Positions 1 to 9,636 are shown, numbered from the stretch's first letter. The stretch: 12,171 nucleotides of DNA from an uncultured Gemmatimonadales bacterium (GCA_963793305.1 CAWBZV010000013.1:1-12171), one strand, 5' to 3'. Notes: generated by a model from the letters alone, not told the origin. A program made the numbers and translations.

Positions 1-384
1 CCGGCGATTGGGAAACGCTGTCGGCGCGGAGCCATACCAATGGTCGCAGACCGCGTAGCCGGCGGCGAGCGAGGAAAGGATCGGCAGCGTTTGCGGCGTG
101 AACATGCCCATGATTTGCGACGGCGTGGTGCCGGGCACGACCTTGCCCGGCTGCTGGGATTCCCAAGCCAGCGTGGCCGCGAAGTTGGTGACGAAGCCCT
201 GGTTCGTGGCGGGCACGAGCGGCACGGGCTGCTGTTCGCTGCCGAAGAGCTGCCAGTTGGTGTTCAAATAACCTTCGCCGGGATCGGCGCCGGGCATGAA
301 ATACGGATGCGGACTGGTCGGGAGAATTTTGAAAACCGGAACCTGTCCGCCTTTGCCGTCCGGGTTGCTCTCTTTGCCGGTCAA
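1..384 (-). CDS. Phosphoesterase / phospholipase C (acid phosphatase AcpA/PlcN-like) family protein, internal fragment running off the window edge
   Basis: Own translation of the minus strand (absent from the ORF track because no stop occurs before position 1): LTGKESNPDGKGGQVPVFKI...PGADPGEGYLNTNWQLFG...TNQGFVTNF...IMGMFTPQTLPILSSLAAGYAVCDHWYGSAPTAFPNR. The (F/Y)AVCDxW..S.P...PNR segment is characteristic of this family. The N-terminal ENRSFDH-type motif is missing. Confidence 0.85.
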   Translation of the reverse strand, partial: MTGKESNPDGKGGQVPVFKILPTSPHPYFMPGADPGEGYLNTNWQLFGSEQQPVPLVPATNQGFVTNFAATLAWESQQPGKVVPGTTPSQIMGMFTPQTLPILSSLAAGYAVCDHWYGSAPTAFPNRR

Positions 385-900
385 CACGAACGTCTGCAGG
401 AAATGTTCGAGATTTCCGCTGGAACTGAGCTGCGAGGAAATTTCGAGCAGCTGGTGCAGTTCATGCGCCTGGGCATGGGCGGTGGCGTAGAGTTCGGCGT
501 GCGCCACGGCCACGGCCCCGAATCCGGCAATCGCCGACACCAGAGCTTTTTCTTCGGCGGTGAAAACGCCGTCCTGCCGCGGGTACACCAGGATCGCGCC
601 CTGTGTGCGCGAAGTGCGCAGCGGCGCCGCGATCAGCATTCCGGGAGAAACCAGATTGCCCAGAGAATGCACCTCGGCGCCAATGAAAAGCGTGAGCGGC
701 TCTCCGGCGGCAACCGCGCGCTGAGCGAGATCGGCGGCGAAGCGCAGAGTCTGCCGGTCGTGACGGGCGCGAGCCGAGTTTGCCAGTTGTGGCGTCTCGG
801 CGGAAACGGCGCGCAGCTCAAACGGTCCTTCCCGGCGTAACAGGACGCACACCAGCTTCGTGCGCAGAAGCAATCGTAAACGGTCGGCTACAAAGGCCAT
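385..900 (-). CDS. GAF-domain sensor protein fragment (probably part of a multi-GAF histidine kinase), in frame with the phosphoesterase fragment
   Basis: Minus-strand frame from 900: MAFVADRLRLLLRTKLVCVLLRREGPFELRAV...MLIAAPLRTSRTQGAILVYPRQDGVFTAEEKALVSAIAGFGAVAVAHAELYATAHAQAHELHQLLEISSQLSSSGNLEHFLQTFV. This fits a GAF C-terminal pattern (xPL...GxI...FT.EE..L...A.A...A.LY) followed by a linker helix and the start of a second GAF. The true N-terminus appears to be missing. Confidence 0.75.
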
Positions 901-1893
901 GGCGGCGATCTTTGTCGCGAACCTGTTGCGGTACAAGCAAGAAGGCTTCGTTCCCGATCGCGATTTGATCCTGGCGCTGACGCCGGACGAAGAGAAGGGC
1001 GGCCGCCTCGGCGCCGGCTGGCTCATGGAGAACCACCGCGATCTGATCGGCGATGCCGTCATGGCGTTGAACGAAGGCGGCGGTGGCACGCTGCGCGATG
1101 GCAAGCCGTTCTACAACGATGTGCAGGCGACGGAGAAGGTCGTCACGAACTTCACGCTCACCGCGAAGAATCCCGGCGGTCACTCGTCGCTGCCCAGGCC
1201 CGATAACGCGATCTACGAGCTGGCCGCCGGGCTCACGCGGCTCGCGCACGCTCGTTCCCGGTCCAGTTGAACGAGGTCACGCGCGTGTACTTCAGCGGTC
1301 AGCGGCTATCGAGAAGCCCGCGATCGGCGCCATGTGCGCATCCTCAAGGATCCGACTGGACGCCAAGGCCGCCGCGACGCTGTCCACCGATCCGCGATAC
1401 AATTCGGTGCTGCGCACAACCTGCGTCGCCACGCGCCTCTCCGGCGGTCATGCGGACAACGCGCTGCCGCAGATCGCGACCGCGTTCGTCAACTGCCGTG
1501 TGTTCCCCAACGTCACGGCCGACGACGTTCGCGCGAAGATCATTGCCGCGGTCGCCGACACCGGCATGAAAGTCTCGCCGCCGAGTGCGCCCATACCGCC
1601 GACGCAGCCATCGCCATCGAGCCCCGAGATCATGGGACCCGTGGCGTCGATCACCAAGTCGATGTTCGGCGACATTCCCGGTGATCCCGTTCATGTCGAC
1701 GGGCGCGACTGATAGCAAGTATCTCCGGGCTGCGGGGATCCCGGCGTATGGCGTATCAGGATGATGGTAGACCCGGCCGATCTCCGGATCCACGGCCGCG
1801 ACGAGCGCGTGCTCCAGAAGTCGCTGTATGAGTCTGGAGAGTTTCTGTACCGGCGCGGTTAAGGCCCTGTCTTCCCCGAAACCAGTCACTTAA
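890..1893 (+). CDS. M20/M25/M40 (M28-like) metallopeptidase, N-terminally truncated, about seven frameshifts
   Basis: Motifs in consecutive frames: KAMAAIFVANL, DRDLILALTPDEEKGG, ALNEGGGG, GGHSSLPRPDNAIYEL, RTTCVATRLSGGHADNALPQ, VIPFMSTGATDSKYLRAAGIPAYGVSG, IHGRDER. The likely end is AVKALSSPKPVT-TAA (1891-1893). The signal peptide and first HxD metal motif are absent. Confidence 0.88.
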
Positions 1894-1911
1894 TCACAGA
1901 CGCATAAGCGC

Positions 1912-1945
1912 CAGCATGGCCGCTCGTAGCATAGCGGCCATGCTG
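1912..1945. repeat. Perfect 13-bp inverted repeat (stem-loop)
   Basis: CAGCATGGCCGCT (1912-1924), loop CGTAGCAT, AGCGGCCATGCTG (1933-1945), followed by AGTTTTCT. It overlaps the probable ATG at 1940. Confidence 0.85.
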
Positions 1946-3328
1946 AGTTTTCTACTGTTGTTGCCTTGGCGGATTCTCTCGGGCCAGAGGTCCGCAAGTT
2001 CGTGCGCGTCGCCGCGCCCAAAGTCGTCCTCGAGCACGTCGAGGTGATCGACGGCACCGGCGCCCCGCCCCGCGCTGATCAGAGTATCACGATCGAGGGC
2101 GGCAAGATCACCGCCATTGGTCGTACGCCGCCGAGTGAGGGCGCGACGGTACTCGACTTGAGCGGATACGCGGTCATACCGGGGATCGTCGGCATGCACG
2201 ATCACCTGTGGTACCAACACCTGGCGACCCCCGACCGTCCCGCCGTTGCGCTGACCATGACCTACTCGGCCCCTCGCCTGTATCTGGCGAACGGCGTCAC
2301 GACGATGCGCACGGCCGCCAGCGTCGATCCCTACGCCGAGCTTTCCCTCAAGCACTGGATCGAAACGGGCGTCGCGCCCGGCCCACATGGGACGTGACGA
2401 GTCCATTCCTGTCCCATGCGCAGAGCCAGGCGTCCCGATTGCTGGATCTCACCGGGCCCGACGATGCGCGAGCTACTGTGGCGTTCTGGGCGGACGACGG
2501 CGTGACGTTGGTCAAGGCGTACCAGGATATCACGCGCGAAGAATTGCGGGCCGCGATCCAAGAGGCGCACAAGCGTGGGCTCAAGGTCACCGGTTATTTG
2601 TGCTCGATCACGTATGACGAAGCGATCGCCTTAGGTATAGACAATCTCGAGCATGGTTTTCAGGTCAACACCGCGCTCGACCCCGACAAGAAGCCCGACA
2701 CGTGCAGCGGCAGCCACGGGGACTCGACGCTGCTCCGCATGATTCCGGGGAAGCCCGAGGCCGATCGACTGATCGCGTCGCTCATTCCCACCATGTCGCC
2801 ATCACGTTGACGCTGGTCTTACTCGCCTCATTGTCGAACCCGCAGCGACCCCTGAGACCCGCGGTGCTGAATGCCATGTCACGGGTTGTGCGTGACGACT
2901 ATCTCGTGTGGCGTGATCGGACCCGGGATCTCACGTACTTGAAGACGCTCCTCGCGCGGGACACCGATATGGAGCGCGCGTTCGTCGCCGCCGGTGGCCT
3001 CCTGATCGCCGGGCCGGACCGCGTCGGCATTGCCGGCAATCTCCCGGGGTTCGGGGATCAGCGCGAGATCGAGCTCCTGGTCGACGCCGGATTCACACCG
3101 GTCGAAGCGATCAAGATCGCGACGTACAACGGCGCGACGTTCCTCGGACGCCAGGATCGCATTGGCTCGATCGCTCCAGGCAAGAACGCCGACCTCGTGG
3201 TCATCAAGGGCGATCCGGCGGCGCGCATCGCGGATGTCGAGAACGTGGAGATCGTGTTCAAAGACGGCGTCGGGTACGACTCCGCCAAGTTGTTGGAGTC
3301 GGTCAAGGGCGCGTACGGCGAATACTAG
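1940..3328 (+). CDS. Secreted metal-dependent amidohydrolase (imidazolonepropionase-like, Amidohydro_1), frameshifted
   Basis: Signal-like start MLSFLLLL at 1940, then VEVIDGTG, VIPGIVGMHDHL (HxH), LYLANGVTTMRTA, VKAY, IDNLEHG, LIAGPD, GFTPVEAIKIATYNGA and GSIAPGKNADLVVIKGDP. Frame changes occur near 1963, 2385 and 2785 (ORFs 1966..2397, 2208..2810, 2702..3328). Confidence 0.9.
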
Positions 3329-4112
3329 GTCGTCTTGAGCAGTCGACGAAGCGCGGGCTGGTAGTAGCGGCTGGAAATGATCTTGGCGCCGCTTTTGAGG
3401 TGCACGACGTACGCACTCTTGCCATAGCGTTCGAGCGTCGCGATGGCGCGGACGTTGACCAGCGCCGATCGCCGGACGCGAACAAAGTTGGTGCGTCCCG
3501 CGAGCCGCTGCGCGAGGCGATCCATGGTCGCTCTCATGACGTACGCGTGGCCGCCGCTATGGACCTTTATATAGTTGCCGGCGCTCTCGAACCACTCGAC
3601 GCGTTCGATCTCGACGAACGACAGTCGTTCGCCGTCGCGGACCACGAGGCGCTCCGAGGTGGGCGTCTCGGCCACAGACGGAGGTGCGGTCGCGTGCTGC
3701 GCGAGTAAGCCTTCGAGGCGATCGGCGAGGGATGCCCCGCGCTGAAGTGACAGGAACGAGGCGGCACGGTCGAGCGCCTCGCGGAGGCGGGCAGGGTCGA
3801 TGGGTTTCAACACATAGTCCAGCGCGTGCACCTCGAACGCTTTCAGCGCATGCCGGTCGTACGCCGTGACGAACACGACGACGGGCATGGCATCGACCCC
3901 GATCTCCTCGATGATCTCGAGTCGCGGTCGCCCGGCCCGAGCTGGACGTCCAGGAGCACGACGTCCGGCCGCCGCTCGACGATGGCCTCGACGGCGTCGT
4001 GCGCTGACTGACCGCACTCGCCTGGACGCAGGCCACATCGAGGAGCTTGCCCGAGCCGCCGGCGGAGCCCCCGGCGGGCGGCCGGCTCGTCGTCGACGAT
4101 CAGCGCCTTCAT
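3325..4112 (-). CDS. LytTR-family (LytR/AlgR) response regulator, frameshifted in the receiver domain
   Basis: MKALIVDDEPAARRGLRR..RPDVVLLDVQL in one frame, then VVVFVTAYDRHALKAFEVHALDYVLKP and the LytTR domain VEWFESAGNYIKVH...FVRVRRSALVN...SSRYY in another. The ATG at 4112 overlaps the kinase TGA (ATGA). Confidence 0.92.
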
Positions 4113-5130
4113 GACGACGACGCTGTGAAGGGGAGGCTGAATCGCCGACGCGCGTGCCAGGCTGACTCGGTCGTCCCGTGGCCAGGGCCAAGCTCCACCG
4201 TGGCGCGCGGGGCCGTACAGGTGGCGGAGACGCCGCACGGGTGTTGCGGTGCCCAGTGCGTTCGCGCAGCCTGTGCACCGTCCCTGACCCCTGGTCCGTC
4301 GTCCGCGAGCGTGATATGCAACATCCCGCCGACGGCCGGCGCCCAGGACCACGGTCGTGCACTTGTCCTCGAACTTGCCGTGCTCGATCGCGTTCTCCAA
4401 AAGCGGCTGCAACAAGAACACCGGAACACGCACGGTCAGAACCGCAGGGTCGAACGCGAGCTCAACGATCAACTGATCGCCAAACCGACCGCGCTGAATA
4501 TCCAGGTAGTCGTTCACGAACGCCAACTCCTGCTCCAGCGGCACCTCATGGGCCTCCTCGTCGAGGCTCCGACGGAGCAGCGTCGACAGCCGCAAAAGCA
4601 TCTGCTGCGCCTTGTCGGCATCCTCGACCACGAAAACGGAAATGGCGTTCAACGTATTGAACAGAAAGTGCGGCCGAAGCTGCGACCGGAGCGTGTCGAG
4701 CTTGGACTGCGTGAGCTCGGCGTCCAGCGCGGCCGCGCTACTGCGAAAACGCAACGCCGTATACACCATCACGACCACGGAGTAGAAGAACACCCACGAC
4801 GTGCACTCTAACAACACCTATGACGCTCGCGTGAGTCCGGATCGCCCGAATGATCGATTGGAGGGTGAGCGCAATGCCCGTTTGCACGAACGCTAGGCCT
4901 AAGGCGAGGCAGAGGTGCACGAGGATCGGCCGGGGTCGCACGGCTCGACGAACGAGCGGCGACAGAATGGCCCATGAGAGCCAGAAGCAGAGCACGACCA
5001 CGGCGCGCGGCCCGAGGTTGAGCGACTTCCCGTCGGCCATGTCGACGAACACTTCCTGCGCGACGAAGAACGATCCGACGACGAGCGCCAACACCACGAC
5101 TCGGGACGTCCGCATGCTCTCGGCGGCCAT
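4109..5130 (-). CDS. LytS/YehU-type membrane sensor histidine kinase, frameshifted
   Basis: Hydrophobic N-terminal helices (ORF 4738..5130), H-box LRSQLRPHFLFNTLNAIS, VPLEQELAFVNDYLDIQRGRFG, N-box LLQPLLENAIEHG, G1 box ITLADDGPG, and LRHLYG. Ends LPFTASSS-TGA at 4109. The start could be 5130 or 5115. Confidence 0.92.
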
Positions 5131-5267
5131 GAGTCCAACATGGGATGCCGGATCGGCCCGGGCAACAGGCGCGGGAAATCACACCGGATGCGCAGCCCGT
5201 CCCCGCGATACGACCATCTATCCGCACTGTCTAGGCGTGGCTGAGACCCGCCCCGTACCGTGGTGCC

Positions 5268-7541
5268 ATGAGTGGTGCCCTGATCGCATCGGTGCTCAGC
5301 CTAGGCATGGGTCTCGGGAGCCATTCAGTCTACAACGGTCGCGCGGGCCAGGTCTCGGTGGAGATCCCGCGCATCGATGCGCGCATTGCCATTGATGGCA
5401 CGCTCTCCGATCCCGTATGGCAGCGCGCCGCGCTGCTCGATCGGGTTCTCCGAATACATACCCGTCAATGGGGTCCCCGGCCGAGGACTCGACGCGACGT
5501 CCTCGTGTGGTACTCCCCGACGGCGATCTATTTCGGGATTCGTGCGTACGAGATCCACGGGCCGGCACAGCCACACTGGCGAACCGCGATCAGATCGACG
5601 GCGACGACAATGTGCAGATCATCCTGAGCCCGTTTCTCCAGTCGCACCAGGCGCTCGTGTTCGCCGTCAACCCGTTCGGCGTGCAGGAAGACGGCACGAT
5701 CACCGAAGGCGTCGGGACGACATCGGAGTCACCGGTATCGGCACGGGACGGGCCCGGATCGACCGACCTGAGCCCGGACTTCGTCTGCGAGTCGAAAGGG
5801 CAGGTCACGTCGTTCGGTTATCAGGTCGAGATTCGGATTCCGTTTCGCAGCGTCAAGTTTCCGGCGCACTCGCCCCAGGACTGGGGTCTTCAACATCGTG
5901 CGTAATGTTCAGCACTCGGGCACAGCGACACGTGGTACCCGACGAAGCTCGCCGCTGCGTCGTATCTCGAGCAATCCGGCACGCTGACCGGGCTGACGGG
6001 TCTGGACGCGGGCTCGTGCTCGATCTCAACCCGTTCGTGACCGAGAACGTCGGTCCGCGGGTCGATGCGGCGCAATATAGTGTCGAGCGACCCCATTTGG
6101 CGCCAATGTGCGGTGGGGCATCACGCCTAATCTCCTGCTCAATGGCACCTACCGTCCGGACTTCGCGGAAGTCGAATCGGACGCCACGCAGCTCGTCAAT
6201 CGACCCGCGCGACGCGGTGCAGTATCCGGAAAAGCGCCCGTTCTTTCTCGATGGTCTCGAGCAGTTCAACACGCCGAACAACCTGATCTACACCCGCCAG
6301 ATTGAGTCACCGCTCGCCGCGACGAAATTGACCGGCAAAGTAGGCGACGTTTCCCTCGCCTACCTCGGCGCGATTGACCAGGAATTCGGACACCCCGTAT
6401 TCAACGTGGCCCGGGTCCGCGAGGATTTTTCCCAAGGCTCGGAAATCGGCGCCGTGTTCACGGATAGAGAAGCGGGCGGGGACTTCAATCGCCTCGCCGG
6501 CGTCGATTCGCGCATTACGCTTGGCTCGCTGTATACGCTCAACTTCCAGGCCGCGAGCAGCATCACGCGCGATGCCGGCGTCAGCACCGCGGGTCCGCTA
6601 TGGTCCGCCAGCTTTACTCGCACCGGACGGGCGATGTATGTGGACGCGAGCATCAGGGCATCGACCCTGATTTCGACGCCGCCAGCGGCTTCATCGCGCG
6701 GCAACATTGTGCGATCGAATCTGGATTGGCGATACACGTTCTACCCGAAGCATTCGTTCTTCGACACGTTCGCCATCGACTTGAACTATGCCGACACGTG
6801 GGTCTATCGCCAGTTCACGTCGTTCGACGCCCCCGAGGACCGCCAGTTTCATCCGAGCCCATCGCGACGCTTCATGGCGGTGGACAATCCTTGTCACGCT
6901 CGCCCTCGAGACCTTCGGGTACGACCCCTCGCTGTACACGAACTACTACTTGGGCCATATCACGGCACACGACACGACCTATACCCACTATGTCGGCGGC
7001 CCCGCGATAGCGAACACGGATCCCAATCTGCTGATCACGACGCCCACATTCGCCAAGTTCGATCTCTCGCTGTTCAGCCTCTATGGGCACGACGACAATT
7101 TCTTCGAGCGGTCGCCGGCCAACGTTTGGATCGAAGCGCTGACGTTGAACTATCGGCCGACGAGCCAGCTCCGGGCGCAGCTGCATGTACAACGCCCAGG
7201 TGTTCTGGCGGCACGACGATTACTCGATCGTCGGCAAGACGCTGATCCCGCGTCTCGTCGTCGAGTACCAGCTCTCGCGGCCGATTCTCTTCCGGCTCGT
7301 CGGGCAGTACGAGACCGTGTATCAGAACAATCTGAGGGACGATGGGCGGACGGATCTGCCGATCTTCTTGCTCAATCCCGCCACCGGCACCTACTCGCGC
7401 GCCGCGGCGTTCCAGAATAATCAGCTGCAACTCCAGGGGCTCTTCGCTTACCAGCCTATTCCCGGCACCGTCGCCTTTGTGGGCTATGGAAACATGTTCA
7501 ACAGTGTGTTCGTGAAGTTCAGCTATCTGTTTCGGATGTAG
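5268..7541 (+). CDS. DUF5916 / carbohydrate-binding family 9-like exported protein, many frameshifts
   Basis: Signal-like N-terminus, then IAIDGTLSDPVWQRAALL, VWYSPTAIYFGIRAYE, FAVNPFGVQEDG, GYQVEIRIPFRSVKF (CBM9-like), LNGTYRPDFAEVESD, YPEKRPFFLDG, LIYTRQI and KLTGK. The C-terminus is LFAYQPIPGTVAFVGYG...FVKFSYLFRM. Confidence 0.85.
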
Positions 7542-7550
7542 TTTTATGTA

Positions 7551-8223
7551 ATGACCCTCCGGTCGCGGGCGCTCACGGGGCTCACGCAGTTCGTGCTGAC
7601 GCTCGGCGTCCTGTTGTTCGGCTCGGCGTGGTCGCTCCGCTACTGGCAGGCTTGGGCTTTTTTGGCCGCCTTCGGGGTGTCGGTTACCGCGATCACGCTC
7701 TACCTACTCCAGAAGGATCCCGCGCTCCTCGAGCGACGGATGCGTGCCGGGCCCGGCGCGGAGAAGGAGAAGAGCCAGAAGGTCATCCAGGTGGTCGCGA
7801 ACATTCCTTCTCGCCCTCCTCATTGTTCCGGGCCTGGACCACCGGTTTGGCTGGTCGCACGTGAGCGTGGATGTCGTCTTGGCGGGCGATAGTCTCGTCG
7901 TGCTCGGTCTGTACCTCGTCTTCCTCGTGTTTCGCGAGAACAGCTACACCTCGGGCATCATCGAGGTCGCCGCCGACCAGCGCGTCGTCTCGACTGGTCC
8001 ATATCGCATTGTCCGCCACCCGATGTACTCCGGCGCACTTGTCCTGATCTTCGGCATGCCTTTGGCCCTCGGCTCGACATGGGGCCTCGTCTGCTGCCTC
8101 CCAATGACGGCCGCGATCGTGGTGCGCCTGATCGACGAGGAGCGTTATCTTGTGCGACACCTCGCCGGCTATGCCGAGTACCGTGAACGGCACCGGTATC
8201 GCCTGATCCCTGGCCTTTACTGA
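7551..8223 (+). CDS. Isoprenylcysteine carboxylmethyltransferase (ICMT/PEMT, Ste14-like) family membrane methyltransferase, one frameshift near 7800
   Basis: YWQAWAFL..KDPALLERRMRAGPGAEKEKSQK (ORF 7551..7892), joined to GLDHRFGWS..FRENSYTSGIIEV..QRVVSTGPYRIVRHPMYSG..EERYL...LAGYAEYR...YRLIPGLY (ORF 7744..8223). Confidence 0.9.
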
Positions 8224-8230
8224 CGCTCCT

Positions 8231-8776
8231 GTGAATCGCACCCCAGTCGTTATCGCTTGGACGGTCGCCGCGACCTGTGTCGCGCTTGTTCTCTTCGCGC
8301 ATTCGTTCGTCGTCACGGGAATGATGCCCGCGAACGCCGACGCGAAACCCTGGAAGATCGAGCGGTGGGCCGCGAAACGCTCGTTGCACGTGGCCATTGC
8401 GCGCGATACCAAGACCATGCATGGCCCCGCGACATTGACCGATTCGGTCATGACCCTGGGCGTTCGCCTCTACAAGACCAATTGCGCCGTGTGCCATGGC
8501 GCTTCGGATGCCAAGCGATCGTCGGTCGCCGACGGCCTCTATGTGGAGCCGCCGCAGTTCGCCAAGGACGACGTCACTGACGATCCGATCGAGATGACAT
8601 ACTGGAAGATCACGCACGGCATTCGGTTCACCGGCATGCCATCCTATAGTAAGTCGCTCTCCGACGACCAACGCTGGGCGATCGCCTCGTTCCTCCGGCA
8701 CCAGGACTCGTTGCCGCCCAATGCCCTGGCGGCGTGGAAAACGATGCCGAGTGTCGCCGACAGCGCTTCGCACTGA
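8231..8776 (+). CDS. Membrane-anchored monoheme c-type cytochrome
   Basis: Intact 181-aa ORF (GTG start) with an N-terminal hydrophobic segment, a single CxxCH (NCAVCHG) and a distal Met motif YWKITHGIRFTGMP...LSDDQRWAI. Confidence 0.92.
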   Translation: MNRTPVVIAWTVAATCVALVLFAHSFVVTGMMPANADAKPWKIERWAAKRSLHVAIARDTKTMHGPATLTDSVMTLGVRLYKTNCAVCHGASDAKRSSVADGLYVEPPQFAKDDVTDDPIEMTYWKITHGIRFTGMPSYSKSLSDDQRWAIASFLRHQDSLPPNALAAWKTMPSVADSASH

Positions 8777-8786
8777 GGACTCTCGC

Positions 8787-9549
8787 ATGAGTCGATATCT
8801 GGCCTTTTTCCTTGTCGCCATGACGCTCGCCCGTGCCGCAGGCGCTCAAAATCCGTTCTCCCAGCCGAGCCCTCTGTTCGACCAGGCCCCGCCGTTCGAC
8901 CGGATCCATGACGGCGACTACCAGCCGGCGTTGGAAGAGGGCATGCGGCAGCAGCTGGCGGAGGTTCGCCAGATAGCGACCCAGAAGGCCGGACCGACGT
9001 TGATAAGACGATCGTCCCGATGGAACGATCGGCGCGGTCCTGACTCGCGCGTACAAAGTGTTCAGCGCGATGACCCAGGCCAACACGAACGATACGCTCG
9101 AACGCGTGCAGGCGACGATGGCGCCCAAGCTGGCGGCGCATTGCGATGCGTTCTTTCTCGACGACAAGCTCTTTCGGCGGGTCGCCACGCTGTACGCACG
9201 CCGCGATTCGCTCGGGTTGAACGCCGAGCAGCGATTTCTGGTCGAGCGCTACTATAAGGACTTCGTGCGCTCAGGCGCGACGCTTGGCGCGAGCGAGAAG
9301 GCGCGTCTCAAAACACTGAACGGCGAAGAGGCGACGCTCACGACTGCGTTCCAGAAGAAGCTTCTCGCCGCGACAAAGGCTGGCGCGCTGGTCATTGACG
9401 ATCGCCGCCAGCTGGATGGGATGAGCGACGCGGAGATTGCCGCCATCGCGCAAGACGACAAGTGGGTGCTGAAGCTCCAGAATACCACGCACAGCCCGCG
9501 CAAGCGTCGCTCTCGAATCGCGCCGTGCGGAAGCGCCTGTTCGAGGCGT
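8787..9549 (+). CDS. dcp: M3 family peptidyl-dipeptidase Dcp-like metallopeptidase, N-terminal third only, frameshifted
   Basis: GAGGA RBS at 8775-8779 and ATG at 8787. Signal peptide, then [85 protein letters not shown]. It breaks off near 9549, and no HExxH catalytic motif is present. Confidence 0.85.
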
Positions 9550-9636
9550 AACGCAACGGGCCGAGCACTTCGCCACGGGAATCAGAGTGGCGTTGCGACT
9601 GAGCTCGAGGAATGTGCGATAGTCGGGCGTGAGCAT
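9545..9636 (-). CDS. trpE: Probable 5' stub (about 30 codons) of anthranilate synthase component I
   Basis: [25 protein letters not shown]...TP resembles TrpE N-termini (P.Y..F..L......L.PV.....AD..TP). Beyond about 9545 the frame is simply antisense of the Dcp gene. The stub is short, so the assignment is from pattern recall. Confidence 0.65.

Noticed and set aside
40..840. 266-aa + strand ORF
   Set aside because: It is the antisense shadow of the minus-strand GAF/phosphoesterase frame. It is Arg/Gly-rich and has no motifs.
5131..5267. LytTR direct-repeat binding site
   Set aside because: Only short repeats were found (CCGGAT at 5148 and 5184; CCCGT/CCCCG-like at 5196 and 5247), and their spacing does not match the roughly two-helical-turn LytTR pattern.
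5377..7245. 622-aa ORF as a single real protein
   Set aside because: Only parts (for example YPEKRPFFLDG to about FTRTGR) are in the true DUF5916 frame. The rest is out-of-frame sequence caused by indels.
890..9549. Programmed frameshifting, stop-codon recoding or an alternative genetic code
   Set aside because: The breaks are frame changes scattered across unrelated genes, with no common slippery motif that I could see. Reading through stops does not restore the proteins, and intact genes use standard stops.
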